Position numbers and translations under genes: made by a program. 52,913 nucleotides of DNA, from the NCBI GenBank assembly GCA_002269645.1, contig NIVC01004257.1, forward strand, positions 1 to 52,913, in the 5' to 3' direction. This DNA comes from Macrostomum lignano. Lineage: Eukaryota. Numbering within the stretch: position 1 is the stretch's first letter; each line of letters starts with the position of its first letter. The notes under the pieces were generated by a model. That model saw only the letters and a list, made by a program, of their open reading frames with translations, did no database searches and was not told the origin of the DNA. Of this stretch, positions 38,671 to 52,396 are shown piece by piece.

Positions 38671-39401
38671 CCGGTTGGTTTTGTATTCTGACGCTTCAAA
38701 AACCTTTTTTGATTTGTTGCTCTTTTAGTGTATGTATATTTTTTTCATTAAAGTATTCACCGTCTTTTACAAGAGTATCACAGTCCTATAGCTGGTATTT
38801 CGCCATATTTGAGTCTCGAAAATTTCTATATATCGATAGCAACAAGTATTTACTTGTGGAATGGGAAAAATTAGACAACAAAAAATTAGTTTTTATTTAG
38901 CCAGAAAATTTTCATACTTGGATAAATCAAATTTCACTTGCTAGAATCGCTACTCACCTTAGATTTGTTAGTAGCATATTAGGCAACAGTTTTCATTTTA
39001 ACTTCCCTCTTCAACCCAAACAGAAGGCAAACAGTTTGAGAGAGACGAAAATCTGTTATATTTCACTTAAAAAGATAAGGAACAAATAAGCGTCCGGAAG
39101 TGCTTGGACGGAGTTAACTATGCAAAATAAATCAAACGTTGAAATTTAGTGCAAAATTACATTACTTAATTAAAGTACTCAATTATATTATTTACTTAGC
39201 TGATGTAAATCCATAAGCGCGGGGAGACGCCAGGGAATTTGAGGGCAAAAGTCCTCCACCAGTGTACGGTTTTAAAAGTGCCGCAAATAGGTGTCTACAA
39301 GCTCACTTAAGATAGTACGAGCTAGTACTTAAAGAACTGTAATTCTTAAATAAGTAAGTTGAGATCATGAAGATAAGTGTTTAACTCAGACCAAATGACT
39401 T

Positions 39402-40094
39402 TCAGAGGCCCGGCCCGACGCGGTTCGAACTGTGGCCGCCGCTGTCCTCGAAGAACATGAAGTCGATGAGCAGCGCCGCGGCTACAAGAATCGACTTCAC
39501 CTGGACGCTCGTATCATTGGCCACCTCTACCTTGAAGTTGTCGGCATCAGTGAACAGCTCCTTGGCCAGGCCGCCCCACTCTTTGTACAGCTTGCCGACC
39601 TCCTGGCTGCCGTCTGCGCTCAGAAGCCGGAATTTGTACTTCTGGCCGGGGCAGCGGCAGCCGCAGAAGCAGGGGCCTTCGATGAGCAACATGACGTCAC
39701 CGTTGGCGTCCCGGATGCTGAAGTTGGCGTTGCAGGCGTTGTACTCCTGCTTCACGAAGCCGATTACGTTACCTGGCGGCGCCTCGCAGGTCACGCAGTC
39801 CTTGCAGCAGTCGCAGCAGCTGAAGCACTGGCCGATACAGCTGTACTTGTAGTCCCGCTTCACCTCCATGACGATCTTGTCCGAGTCCTTCTCCTCGATC
39901 TCGATGCGGAACGGTCGCTGGGAGCCGAGGCACATCCTCGAGCAGACTCCCGAGTGCTCCTTGGCCTTGTACACCTTCTTCCCTTCGCTGTCCTTGATGT
40001 CATACTTGTTGTTAGTCTCGAAGCCCGTCAGCGCCTCCAGCATCTCAACCTGCTGCTTCACCTTGAAGCTGCTGCTGCCGGCGAGTTTGTCCAT
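39402..40094 (-). CDS. PLSCR: Phospholipid scramblase family protein, 230 aa, intronless core
   Basis: VKQQVEMLEALTGFETNNKY, CSRMCLGSQRPF, Cys cluster CFSCCDCC, WGGLAKELFTDADNF (Ca-binding region) and C-terminal LLIDFMFFE. Confidence 0.92.
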   Translation of the reverse strand: MDKLAGSSSFKVKQQVEMLEALTGFETNNKYDIKDSEGKKVYKAKEHSGVCSRMCLGSQRPFRIEIEEKDSDKIVMEVKRDYKYSCIGQCFSCCDCCKDCVTCEAPPGNVIGFVKQEYNACNANFSIRDANGDVMLLIEGPCFCGCRCPGQKYKFRLLSADGSQEVGKLYKEWGGLAKELFTDADNFKVEVANDTSVQVKSILVAAALLIDFMFFEDSGGHSSNRVGPGL

Positions 40095-40676
40095 GTGAGT
40101 TTCTAAAGCTCGTTGAGCACTTTATTTAGACAGATAACCGTAGCCAGCTCGGTGCAGCGGGTGCTTAACCTCTTTTAGTGCCCAGAATTATATGTGCACT
40201 TAAAGCATACTGGAGCCGGGGGGGGGGGTTGGGTGCTCGCTACAGTTCAATTGTGTTCACGATGCATTCCAGCTTCTATGCAGATTTATTAGGCTCAGCA
40301 ACCCCTAACACGTACCTCTTATTTATGCTTTGCTTCTTTGCTATAAAATGTCTTTCTATAGCCAGCCCTGCTATACAGTTGCCATGGCGATAAGAGAGAT
40401 AAGGTAGCTGAGCTTGAGTCTTCTGAGCGAGTTGAGAAGAGATCTGTCGGTCTCTCTGTAAAGCAACGATCATAGGGCGATAATAACGAAGTTATAGCGT
40501 GTATTATGCAGGACTCGCGCATTAAGATTCTTAAGGAAGAATTCGAATTGCTTCAGTCTTTATTGTCAATGACGACACCTGCTGCATCAACGTTGAAAAA
40601 GTGCATATCAGGGAATCGGATACTTGTGTGCATGATGAGCACATTTGCCATTTGCTGCTGTCATTTGCCAGTGCGA

Positions 40677-41048
40677 ACTTGTGCCAGACTGTCAAAATTC
40701 TCAGGCATTCTTGTGCCAGACTGTCAAAATTCTCAGGCGCTTGTGCCAGAGTGTGATACAATTCACGGGCGCTTGTGCCAGAGTGTGACACAATTCACGA
40801 GCGCTTGTGCCAGAGTGTGTCGAAATTCACAGACACGCTTGTGCCAGAGTGTGACACAATTCACAGACACGCTTGTGCCAGAGTGTGATACAATTCACGG
40901 ACACGCTTGTGCCAGAGTGTGACACAATTCACGGACACGCTTGTGCCAGAGTGTGACACAATTCACAGACACGCTTGTGCCAGAGTGTGACACAATTCAC
41001 GGACACGCTTGTGCCAGAGTGTGACACAATTCGCAGACACGCTTGTGC
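40677..41048. repeat. 34-bp minisatellite, ~11 copies
   Basis: Unit ACACGCTTGTGCCAGAGTGTGACACAATTCAC(A/G)G. Confidence 0.9.
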
Positions 41049-42636
41049 AGTCTTCCCAACAATCGGCAATATTATAATCGGCATTAATCGCTTGAGACCA
41101 TGCAGGACTTGCAGAGGAATAATTCCTGCTTGGCTTGGGAGATAAGCCAAGCCCTGGATTATCGCCCCCCCGGCTCTCAGCCAGTTCAACCACAACTGCA
41201 GTTTTCTTTGATCCCCACAGTGGGGACAGCTGCATGGTAATTTGTTAAGCTCCGCGCTCTCTCTTAAATTTTTGTTACTGGGAGGGGGCTGTCCAGGGCG
41301 AGTCTCGGCAACCGCAGCTTTCGGGCCTCTGCATTCCAGTAGTGAAGAGCTCAGTTGAGCACAATAGAGACACAATAGCTGTCCACAGAGTTAGGAATTT
41401 GCAGCTGTTTAGGAAATATAGAGACAGAAGATAGTCCAAGAGGGAGCGAAGTGGAGTGTGGGGTGGTTGATCTATTCTACAGCACTGTAACTATGCGCTG
41501 GCCCGCTGTGGCTAATCCAGTTTAAACCGGCCCGGTCTCGTGACTCATTCCGTTTGGGCGCGTTGGTTGGCTAAGGTGGTGAGCGTTGAAATTCTTAGTT
41601 TAATGCCTAAGGCACAACAGGAGAGTCTGCAAGGACTTACCCCCCCCCCCAGAATGAAAAATTCGTTAAGCAGATAATTGCGAAGAAGGGTTCTTGAAAA
41701 GTGCTGCTTCGGTTCTGCGCGTGGCTGCGTCAGTTAGAAGGGCACAGGAATCGGCTTGGGATGCAGCTTGGGGAGTACGACGTTTGCTTGCGGGAAGTTT
41801 GCTTGCCGAAGTCTGCTTGTTGCCGAACTTTGCTTGCAGAAATTTTGCTTGCCGAGGTTTGCCAGCCAAATTTTTCTTGCTGAACCTTAAAGAACCTATT
41901 TTTGAGCTCTTGTATATCTAATTTTCATTTTCTAAGATTCGTGAAAGTCGCGTATAGTGTTATGATTTAGTATGAGGATATGGCGGATTTGAAAGCCCTA
42001 ACGGAGAAATGGAATAATTTAGTTTTTTACAGGGAATATATTTGCAACAAAAATTGGAAACCATTTCGAACAATACACATATCGAATGATTTAGGCAGCG
42101 ATCTGTACAGAACAGATTTTTTGCAAATGAATTTGCCACCGATCTGTGAATTGCTACATATCATGACTCGTTAGGATACCCTAATACCCAAATACCCTAA
42201 TTATCAGTTCGACGCTGATAAGAATCCACTTGCAAAGCATCTGTAGTAAGTAATAATAGACTGACCAACTTCACAAGCAATCAAAACGAGCAAGCAAACA
42301 AGAAAATAATTCGGCAAGCAAAATTCATAGACCCACAGCTTGTCGTGTGATTCAAGGCCCAAGAGGTCCAAGTCCCAACGCATATGTAGGATTGTCACAG
42401 CCGTTATACTTATTTATTCTCAGGATACACCTTGGCGCCTTTGGACTTTCCGCCTTTTCGCTGACTCCTTTCGCTTACATCGGCACGAACGCTCACAAAG
42501 GGTGCACAGCGGCCCTGACTTTCTGATGGCCAAGCATGTACTCTCTGTGCCTTGGAGTTAATCATCATGGTTTTTAATCGCACAAAAATCCTCTGGCGAA
42601 TTTTCCTGCACACAAGCCTCAACTTAATGTGGCGGC

Positions 42637-42710
42637 TCACGGATTTGAACCAGGGCTCACGGTGCGTTCACCTCCAACCTGCTCTGCTTCCTTAGCCTCT
42701 GTGCACCCTG
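42637..42710 (-). mobile_element. Possible tRNA-derived SINE head
   Basis: Minus strand GGTTCAAATCCGTGAGCCGCCA (B box, then CCA). The rest does not fold as a tRNA. Confidence 0.3.
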
Positions 42711-43179
42711 TGTGAGCACATCCGCGTGCGCGCGTGCTCATGGCTCATCGAAATCAACATTAAAGAATAAAAGATTTCTGGTTTTATTTGCCGAACATTA
42801 ATAAATATTATTGCACGAATTGTCTTTTTTATTATAAATTAAATTCGCGGGGGAGGGGGCGCAACTGTAGATTTAGAGCAGCTTTCGAAGAGCTCGCGGC
42901 TCAAGCGGTAAAATCAGGCAAAAGTTGATGTCGGCTTTTGAAAAAACTTCGAAGAGAATTTGATTAATTTTTTTAAATATAAAGCGGATTGAAGACGCGG
43001 ATTAATAGCAGAGAAGCGGACTGCTGGTTGATAAAGAGATTCGAGAGGCCTTCAGTAAATAAATTTCGGGATTTCAAAATATAAGCGGGTGCCGTTATTG
43101 TCAGATCATAATAGTTTCAGTTTTCGCCTCTACTTTTCAAATTCAACAGTTCAGTTCTTGCTGTTCGGTCAGCTGACGG

Positions 43180-44013
<834 letters not shown>

Positions 44014-44045
44014 TCATGTCCTTGTTAATTTTTATGATGGATTTA

Positions 44046-44618
<573 letters not shown>

Positions 44619-47600
44619 TCAGGTTGGATCTGCTGAAATTGACGAGATGGAGAATTATCGCTAGAATGGCAAGTAAACAAAAGCAATTATACCAGCTCAA
44701 AGTTGTGCGACTGACTCACTGTGGTTTTTCGGAGAAGAATTCGGTCGAATAAGCTCTGTTCGGTCGATTCGCTTGCTGGGATGCGTCAGGCAGGGGCGTC
44801 TCCGGCCGGACCGAATCTTATAGAGAACTGGCGCGGGGAGGGGAGCCCTCTGTTTGGGGAGAGGATCAAGCGTAAGGGGAATGGGAAAAACGACTGGGGG
44901 AGGGGTGGTTCCGATATCCGTTCCTCTGAGTCTCGTCTCCTCCTCCTGAAGCGAGAGAGCATAGCAGGCGGGGAGGGAGTAGACCAAAGGTCTGAGTCAT
45001 GTCCCGCTATCCGCTCTCCACGCTTATTTTCTGCTTCTGCCCGCACTCACACTCTTCCCCCGTCTCCATTGCTCTGCTGTGCAGTTCAGCATAAACATTC
45101 TTCTCCGTTTGAGACCTGGACTGGGCTAATAAATCGATACTCTTATTTAGCGGCCGATGCTGCTCGGGCTCTGGGTTGGGACTCGGTCGCAATCGGAGGA
45201 AAGAGTTGTAGGAGAAAAAAAGCGGGAATTCGGGGGGACGAGCGGTGCGGGCTTTCTGGGTGGCTGGGCGGCTTTCCGACTCGTGGGCGAAGAGGAAAAC
45301 GCGTGCGGGAGCGGAAGAGAGAGAGAGACGGGACAGGGGAGTTGAGCACTGCTCTGTCTGTCTGGCCATCGAGGGGAGCCGGGTGTGCTGCAGCTGGCTC
45401 AACTGTCTCGAGCACCCGTCGAGTCCATGCGTACCCTCCGCCAACCCCCTAAACCCGGCCATTCGTTCATACTGTCGGGGAGTTCTGGATAGCAACATCT
45501 GGAGTGTTTTGAGGCTGTCTGGAAGACTCAAATTCATCACCTGTCAATTTGATTTAAATAGTTGCCGGAATATGACACGACAGAATATCGCATCACAGTC
45601 GAATAGATGAGCCTTGATTTTAAATAATCGAGTCTATCGAAAAAAAACTATACTGTTCACAGTTAGCTTCCACTCCAGGTAGCTTTAAACAAAAACTCCT
45701 TGTTCAAAGCAGCTGCCGTTGCATAAACAGCTTGGGGAGATATAAGAGTAGTTAAAGCCTATAGCGGCTCGAGGGTCGAGCCCAGAGGATTGCCTCACGC
45801 GCTTTGGCATGCGGGCGGCCAAAAATTCCGAGTGCGCGGCGCGGGCCGAGGGCAAGTGCAGAAATCGATGCCAGCGACTTGCATTGACGGTGCGGTGCCT
45901 GTGTCTGCATGCCATTTGCATTCCTCTCTGCTCGATAATGACGCTCTGTCAAATGGGCAGCAGCACGCTTGAGAGGGTGCTCACTGCTGCTCTATTGCTG
46001 CATACAGTATGAGTAAGGATTTAGGCGATTTGCAGTGTAACAACTACATGTATAAGTTATAGTGAATCATGAAATTCAGCATTTTCTATCGAGATTTCTG
46101 CATGCACATATACAATGCCATTTTTTGTCCTGACTTCAAGGATCGAGCAGTATACGTTCGTCGGGATGCCATGATTAATGCAAAGCAATGTTTAATTTAT
46201 ACATGTACTGTGTACGATTCTATATTGACAGCCAAAATGAGCAAAATTTCCCTGTGCTTTTTATTAATGATTCATATGAGCGTATCAGCTTTACATGCAT
46301 GCTTTTTGTGCACGGTCTCTGCTCATTATGATTTCGGGGTTCACGAAAAAACGGGTAAACCTTTTTATTTACATGTACAATTCGATTTATCAGAGTTAAA
46401 ATTCTGCCATGCATTTACTCATATAATTGTTGTTTATAATTAAGGTACAATTATATATTATATATGATTATAAAGGTTCTGCAGCCTGACAGCTTTAATG
46501 AAGCCACGACAGTCGGGTGCCTCTTGAAATTTAAATTTACATGCTCATATATGTCGTAGTCATTAGAGGCCAATATAAAATGCGTATATATATATTTTTT
46601 GAGCACCCACATCCTCTAATTTTGGTTTGTACATGTATTAGTTTCGCGGTATTCAAATAAAATGGCTCATAAATCTTTAATTAGATATGTACAAAAGTGT
46701 CAGCAGGGATTGCTTAGGTATAAGAAACTCTTTTCTTAAGAGTTTGTTGGTATAAATAAATACAATACAATAAATAACTACTAAATAGTAGTATATACCA
46801 TACAAAAGCCAAGGACGACTTAAGTCAAAAGACAAAAGCATGCAACTACTTAAAGTAAATGCACATGAATTACACTCTTTATGGCAAAAAGAATAAAAAA
46901 CTGCAGTTTCAAGTTAAAAGTTTTTTGATTCTTGTATCACTAAGTATCAATGCAAAAAATGCTTCGTTTTTTACGTACACAGTTCTTGGAAATATATCGT
47001 TTTAAAATACATAACATCCGAGTCGAAGTCTCGTGAAATGTTTAGCAGCAGCAGACACTACCAGACTTAAGGGCTCTAAGAGCTCCAAACTAAAGCTGTT
47101 CTAGTCTTTTTATTTTGACTTAATACGTCTGGCTGGGGTTAGAATTACAGTACCTGCAGTTGCAGATACAGAGTGAAAAAGAAATTTAAGTTATTCTTGT
47201 GGCATTATTAATGAGATAATGGCTTCTAGACGGGAAAGAGAAATGCGAAAAGAGATCGATGAGGTAAGAAAAATCTTTCAATGGGCTTTGTATATATGAC
47301 CACAAAAATACAGAGCCAGACTTCCAGTAGCTGATCTTAAAATATGTTCTGGCCTGTTATCATATCTAGGCCCTAGTGTTGTGAAAAAAGAGCAAAAAAA
47401 TCATAAATAACTTATTAGTTTTTATTTAAATTATTTGCTTTTAATTAATGCTCTATACTTTTTTATTTGCTTTTTATTATTACACTTAAAATAAAAAATT
47501 AAAGCTTATGCCTTATGCTTTCTTCTATTTTTGCTTCAACATACATGCACAACAGTCAGCCGATCCAGCCAACTGATTTGGTGGCCAACCAAGGTAAGTC

Positions 47601-47630
47601 ACAAAAATGCCCACCTGAATAAATATCAAA

Positions 47631-48847
47631 GTAGTGCTAAGTAGATACGAGGCATATTGCCTTAATAAAACAGTCATAGTTACTCCTGCCGGCTTCTTTT
47701 ACATGCCATAGTCAGGAAGGTGTCCAGTGTATGCAGGAACTAATTCTGGGCAAAATTAAGCCTGTACGCCAATGTGCGCCAATTTTTTTAGCTTCATTTC
47801 CCAGCATGGAATTCTTGCATCTGGCATATAAAATGGAAAATTGCGACTTTTTTCGGTGCGCAATTCCATATTGAACCAAACGCAATTTTACAATCTTTAA
47901 CAAAATTTAGTGGTGCAATTTTTAGCATTACCAATTGTCAAAATAATGTTTTGCGATAGTGTTATACTAGCATTTTTTGACGCTCGTTACAATAAATATT
48001 AAACTGATTATCTTTGTTTTTTTAAGTAGAGAATTTTAAATTTGAACAGTTTGTAAATAACGAACTACAAATGTTACGTTTTTGTAGTAATTCTAGATTT
48101 AATACAGTAAAGTCAGTAATTTATAAATTTAAACTGTGTAAACAGTCACAAAATAATTTGCAATTTTTGTCGCATTTCTTGCAGCCCGTACAGGTGCGCA
48201 ATTTTTTTTGAGTTGCGCAATTTTTCGCAATTTTTTTCCTGAACGCAAAAATGCGTTGCAATTTTCATGCAAGAATTCCATCCTGGTTCATTTTGAACAT
48301 TACGCTGTACGCTGAAGTCCTTTTTCTGTATCATTTTTCCACACTTTATTGCACGCAACAATTTAAAAAATTGAAAACAGAAACAAATAAAGCAATTCTT
48401 TTTTCACAAAAGTGCAAAATAACAATCTTTAGTAATAGTTTTCCATTATCTGCTTAGCTTACTTTTTATTATTCTTTCATTTTTCAATGGCCATAAATCA
48501 GCAAAGACATACGATACAATGCAAATGAGATTAAATATGATTTGTAAAAAAGGTCACAGTGCTTGCTTATGTACGGTACGCGGACAGTGGTTATGATGCC
48601 ACACTCTGGTACGCCAATTTTGTCGTTCTGTTGTGTGTATGCAGATACGCAGATACACTAGTTTTCTGAAGATCTATACGCCAAAACTGATTCTAATGGC
48701 CAAGTATACGCAGGAATATTCCTACGTATGGACACCTTCCTGACTATGGTTTATATGTAAGTTGCATTTTTGGCCAAAAAATACGTTGCATTTATGTTAA
48801 AACTAAGTCGCACGGCCGACCGAATTTTGGAGGTTGCACATGTATGT
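47631..48847. mobile_element. ~170-bp short interspersed element (copy 1), split by a nested TIR element
   Basis: 47631-47705 plus 48758-48847 align with 50682-50857 (GTAGT.CTAA.TAGAT.ACGAGG, AGTCATAGTTACTCC, TAAGT.GCATTTTTGG, GGTTGC.CATGTATG). Confidence 0.55.
47706..48749. mobile_element. 1.04-kb non-autonomous TIR element with 8-bp TSD (hAT/P-like)
   Basis: Perfect 21-bp TIR CCATAGTCAGGAAGGTGTCCA. Flanks TTTACATG (47698-47705) and TTTATATG (48750-48757), 7/8 identical. No transposase seen. Confidence 0.75.
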
Positions 48848-49082
48848 GCTTCAATATTCAATAAATCAAAATGTTAAAATAGAAAAATTTAATGGAATTT
48901 CTAACAAATCAAGTCAACAATATAAAAGAATTTTTAACATTTGTCTTTTTTCTTTTTTTGTATTTAGATGATTTTCTTGTCTTTTATTTTTTTGCAAATG
49001 ATATTTAATGAAATTTGAGTAATCATTAGCCAATAGGCCTATTAAGCCTTATGGCAATTATCAAGTTCTATTTGTCATACAA

Positions 49083-49253
49083 GTGCAACCTTGGAAATCG
49101 CTTGGCCATTTCTATTAGCAACATATACAATTAAAATGTAAATGTAAATTGCTAATGGCTACAAGTAGTCATGTGACTATTATTCCATCCAGTGACTTAT
49201 ATCTTATATGTATATTGCCAATAGAAATGGCTAGGTTAATCCCTAGGTTGCAC
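49083..49253. mobile_element. MITE-like foldback (~45-bp imperfect inverted repeats)
   Basis: GTGCAACCT..GCCATTTCTATTAGCAACATATACA is mirrored by TGTATATTGCCAATAGAAATGGC..AGGTTGCAC. Confidence 0.55.
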
Positions 49254-49939
49254 CCAAGCATGCTATTTGTTAAATTATTTTGACTCTAGAAAAGTATAGT
49301 ACAAACTATTTTAAGTACAAATAGCTATTTTTAAGATATTTAAGTTTAATCAAGCATTAATTTATTGTTTCAAAACTTGTTATAATATATCTAGTACCCA
49401 AAAACTACAATAGTCTATGGTCAAACTACCAACAAACAGCAAAAGCTTTACATGCTATAGTACTAGGAAATCTATAATAGGATATTCCTAAATGGCTTCA
49501 CTAGGTTTAGTTAATACTACAATTCTTCTAAATATGTTTCACATAGGGCTTGTGAAATCCCATGCATGGCACATAGCATAGCCTTGCTAAATTTAGGACT
49601 TTACTTTTAGTCATTTGTTATTTATCAAATTGTTAAAGATCATTGATATTTAGACTTGACCATAGACCTTTTTCAAGTTGAAAAATGTTCAAATGTTCTG
49701 GCTATAGACTATTGCAGCTTTCCAGGGTCAGATATATAACAAGTTTTGAAGCATTGAATTAGTGCTCAATCAGGCTTAAGTCTCTTAAAAGTTTTATTTG
49801 TACTTAAAATAGTTTGTAGATTACTTTTTTGGATTCAAAATAATTTAACAAACAAAACTTGACAATTGCCAACCTTATACAAGGGTCACTCAGAAAGTTC
49901 TTAGCCTAAACAAGAAAACCGCAACAAATGAACTAAAAA

Positions 49940-51188
49940 ATGACTATAAGTGCTCAAAATACTCTCCACTAGCATTGATATAGGCTTGCATCCTGTGAAA
50001 CTAGCTGTAAAAGCACTGCCACTATCTTCATCCCAGAGCTCCTCAATGATGTTTTTGAACTCATTTACAGCTTTTTCTAGTAAAGAAAAAACCTGATGCT
50101 TCAAAATCTCCTTGCACTTTGGAAACAGAAAAAAGTTGCATATCTAGATAGTGCTAAGTCTGGACTATATGCAGGGTGAGTCATCAGCTAGGCCCCACAG
50201 TCAGCCAGAAACTCAAGAGTCTGAGCCGCTGTGTGTGCTCTAGTGTTGTCATGGTGCAGAAGCACCCCATACATTCCAACCTTGGGCACCTCTGGCTCAC
50301 AGCAAAAAAGACTTTGGGCAGGCAAACCATTGTATACCAATCAGCGGTGACTGTGGCAATCTTCAAGTAAAACAGAAGCCACATTCCCAGTGTGTATGAA
50401 GAAACAGGCCACCATCTGCTTGCCAACACTCCGGCTGCATCAAAACTTGGTGGGGCTGTCCTTGTCTCCAAAGGTCTATATTGCTGACTAGCGCTTGCTT
50501 TCGGGTCATATTGATAAATCCAGGTCTTATCGCCTGTAGAGATGTTCCAGATATGCCAGCTGGTCCCAGATTCAAATTTCTACAGCATGAATTGGCACCA
50601 TGCCACCAAGCCACCCTGGTGTCCTTTTGCATGTCAGACTGCGTATGGGGGATCCACTGGGAAGCCAGCTTCCATACAGATGTAGTACTAATTAGATGAC
50701 GAGGAATTTAGCCCTTATAAGAGAGTCATAGTTACTCCGGCTGTTTACCCAAAATTGCATTAATGTTGCTCTAGGGTTTCTTTCACAGGTAAGTCGCATT
50801 TTTGGTCAAAAAGTAAGTCGCATGGCCAGTGTAAATCAGGGGGGTTGCGCATGTATGCTTTGTACAGAATGGCGTGCACACTCCCCAATCCAATACCAAT
50901 CTCCTGCTAGATCTGCTGGTAGGTCACTCGCCAAGCAGCAGCAATCATGCTGGACACAGTGCAGATATTTTCTAGAGTCACTGCATCACAAGGTCTCCCG
51001 GATCGATGTTCATCTTTGAGGCTTTCTCGACCTTGGCAAAACTCAGCAAACCAGTTTTTGATGGTTGTATATGAAGGACATGGATAGGTGAAAACATTCT
51101 GTAAAGTTTGATATGAATTGGCTGGCGACTTGACTTGCTTGAAGTGCAAGTACATCATTGCTCTGAAGTCACAATTTTCCAGCTTCAT
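49940..51188 (-). pseudogene. Mariner transposase pseudogene
   Basis: HTH with WFAEFCQGRESLKDEHRSGRP, then WIPH, TGDKTWIYQYDP, HHDNTRAH, HPAYSPDLA, CNFFLFPK. Multiple stops/frameshifts and a ~175-bp insertion. Confidence 0.88.
50682..50857. mobile_element. ~175-bp short interspersed element (copy 2), inserted in the mariner transposase
   Basis: Interrupts the transposase between ...SVHAILYK and ...KLASQWIPH, and is similar to copy 1. Confidence 0.6.
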
Positions 51189-52396
51189 TTTTTAATTGAA
51201 GGGGGTGAACTGACTTTAACTCGCTGCAGTGGACTCAAAAGTGGCTGTTTCTATTTAAAATTTTGTTGCAATACTTTTTAAAGTTGGTCTTCACCATAGA
51301 CAAATTTCATGCTTCTATGTCTCGTGGATCCTACTTAGGCTAAAGACTTTCTAAGTGACCCTCATATATTTGATTAATAATCCTAGCCTTAATTTGTGCC
51401 ATAGTCTTGAAGATTTTCTATGCATGCCACAATACTTTTTGACTCTGCATGTAGCATGCCGAAATTATTTAGAAATCTCATGTGAACTACATGCCATGTG
51501 CCAAGGGCCTCATCTGCATTGGGCACCACATGTGAAGCGTTGACCAGGGGGGGGGCAAAGTTGAAAGCAAAAATGCACTCATATTTTAAAGAGCACTTTG
51601 CTTACATAAAAGCAGTGAAGCCTGTTTAAACAAATTAAATTCTTTTTCATAGATTGAATTACTTTTTTTTGTCTTTTTGTAAAAAGTTGCAAAAAGTATT
51701 ATATTACAATGATTTTAAAAAAAATTATAACAAATATTGAAAAAGATTTTAATTAAGACATTACTGTTTACAAATTTCCATGGTCTAGCCAAATCCAAAC
51801 CTCTGTTAGAGTCCTTCTATAGCTATAGTTATAGGAATATATATATTATTTCCTAGATAGAACAATAAAAAATTAATAATGCCTCTGTCAAAGCTTTTAT
51901 AAGGGGAACTCTCGAGTCCCTAGGGTTGAAGACTTAAGCAAAAGATTTGTGACTCTGCATACACATTGTGTGGATACTGGATAGAGTGGTAGGTGCTAAA
52001 GTTAAGATAAATGTTTTTATTTTCAATGTAACCCTTTAGTCTTATATCCCTGGGGTTGGGGACTAAAGCAATCGAAATTTTCAATGTTATGTGCACATTG
52101 TGGTTTGGGTGATAGGGCTAAAGTTTAATATAGTCCTAGCCAGAAGTTACAAGAAATTAATTAGCTATTATAGTGATCCACTAGTTGGTGTTAGGCGTCG
52201 CACTTTGTCAGCAGTCGCCCTTGCCTTCGCCCTCGCCCTGGGTTGCTGTCTGCCGCTGGTCAGCTTCCCGCCTCCCTCCTTTTGTCTGTCTGTTGCTGCT
52301 CCCTATCGTTTTGCCCGTTTTGCCCCTTCGTTTCTCAGCCCTCAGCTTCTCTGCTGTGGGCTGTCGCTGTTTCGTCAGTCTTGGTTTCCCTGCCAT

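Larger units (their letters stand above)
49880..51364 (-). mobile_element. Full-length decayed mariner (Tc1/mariner) transposon
   Basis: TA|CAAGGGTCACTCAGAAAGTTCTTAGCCTAA versus right-end reverse complement TA|TGAGGGTCACTTAGAAAGTCTTTAGCCTAA. TA TSDs at 49878-79 and 51365-66. About 1.31 kb after removing the insert. Confidence 0.9.

Noticed and set aside
36376-38900. ORFs with KRPVTKATRHQSDPSP and MDTPIQQ/HLLDRCV repeats
   Set aside because: Translations of 16-bp and 21-bp arrays, open in several frames, with no domain signal.
41660-42330. Degenerate TTGCTTGCCGAA repeats with an inverted partner and CCCTAA-like motifs (possible Helentron-associated element)
   Set aside because: Ends, hairpin and target site could not be defined by eye. 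Similar weak cases at ~9600-9800 and ~17590-18170.
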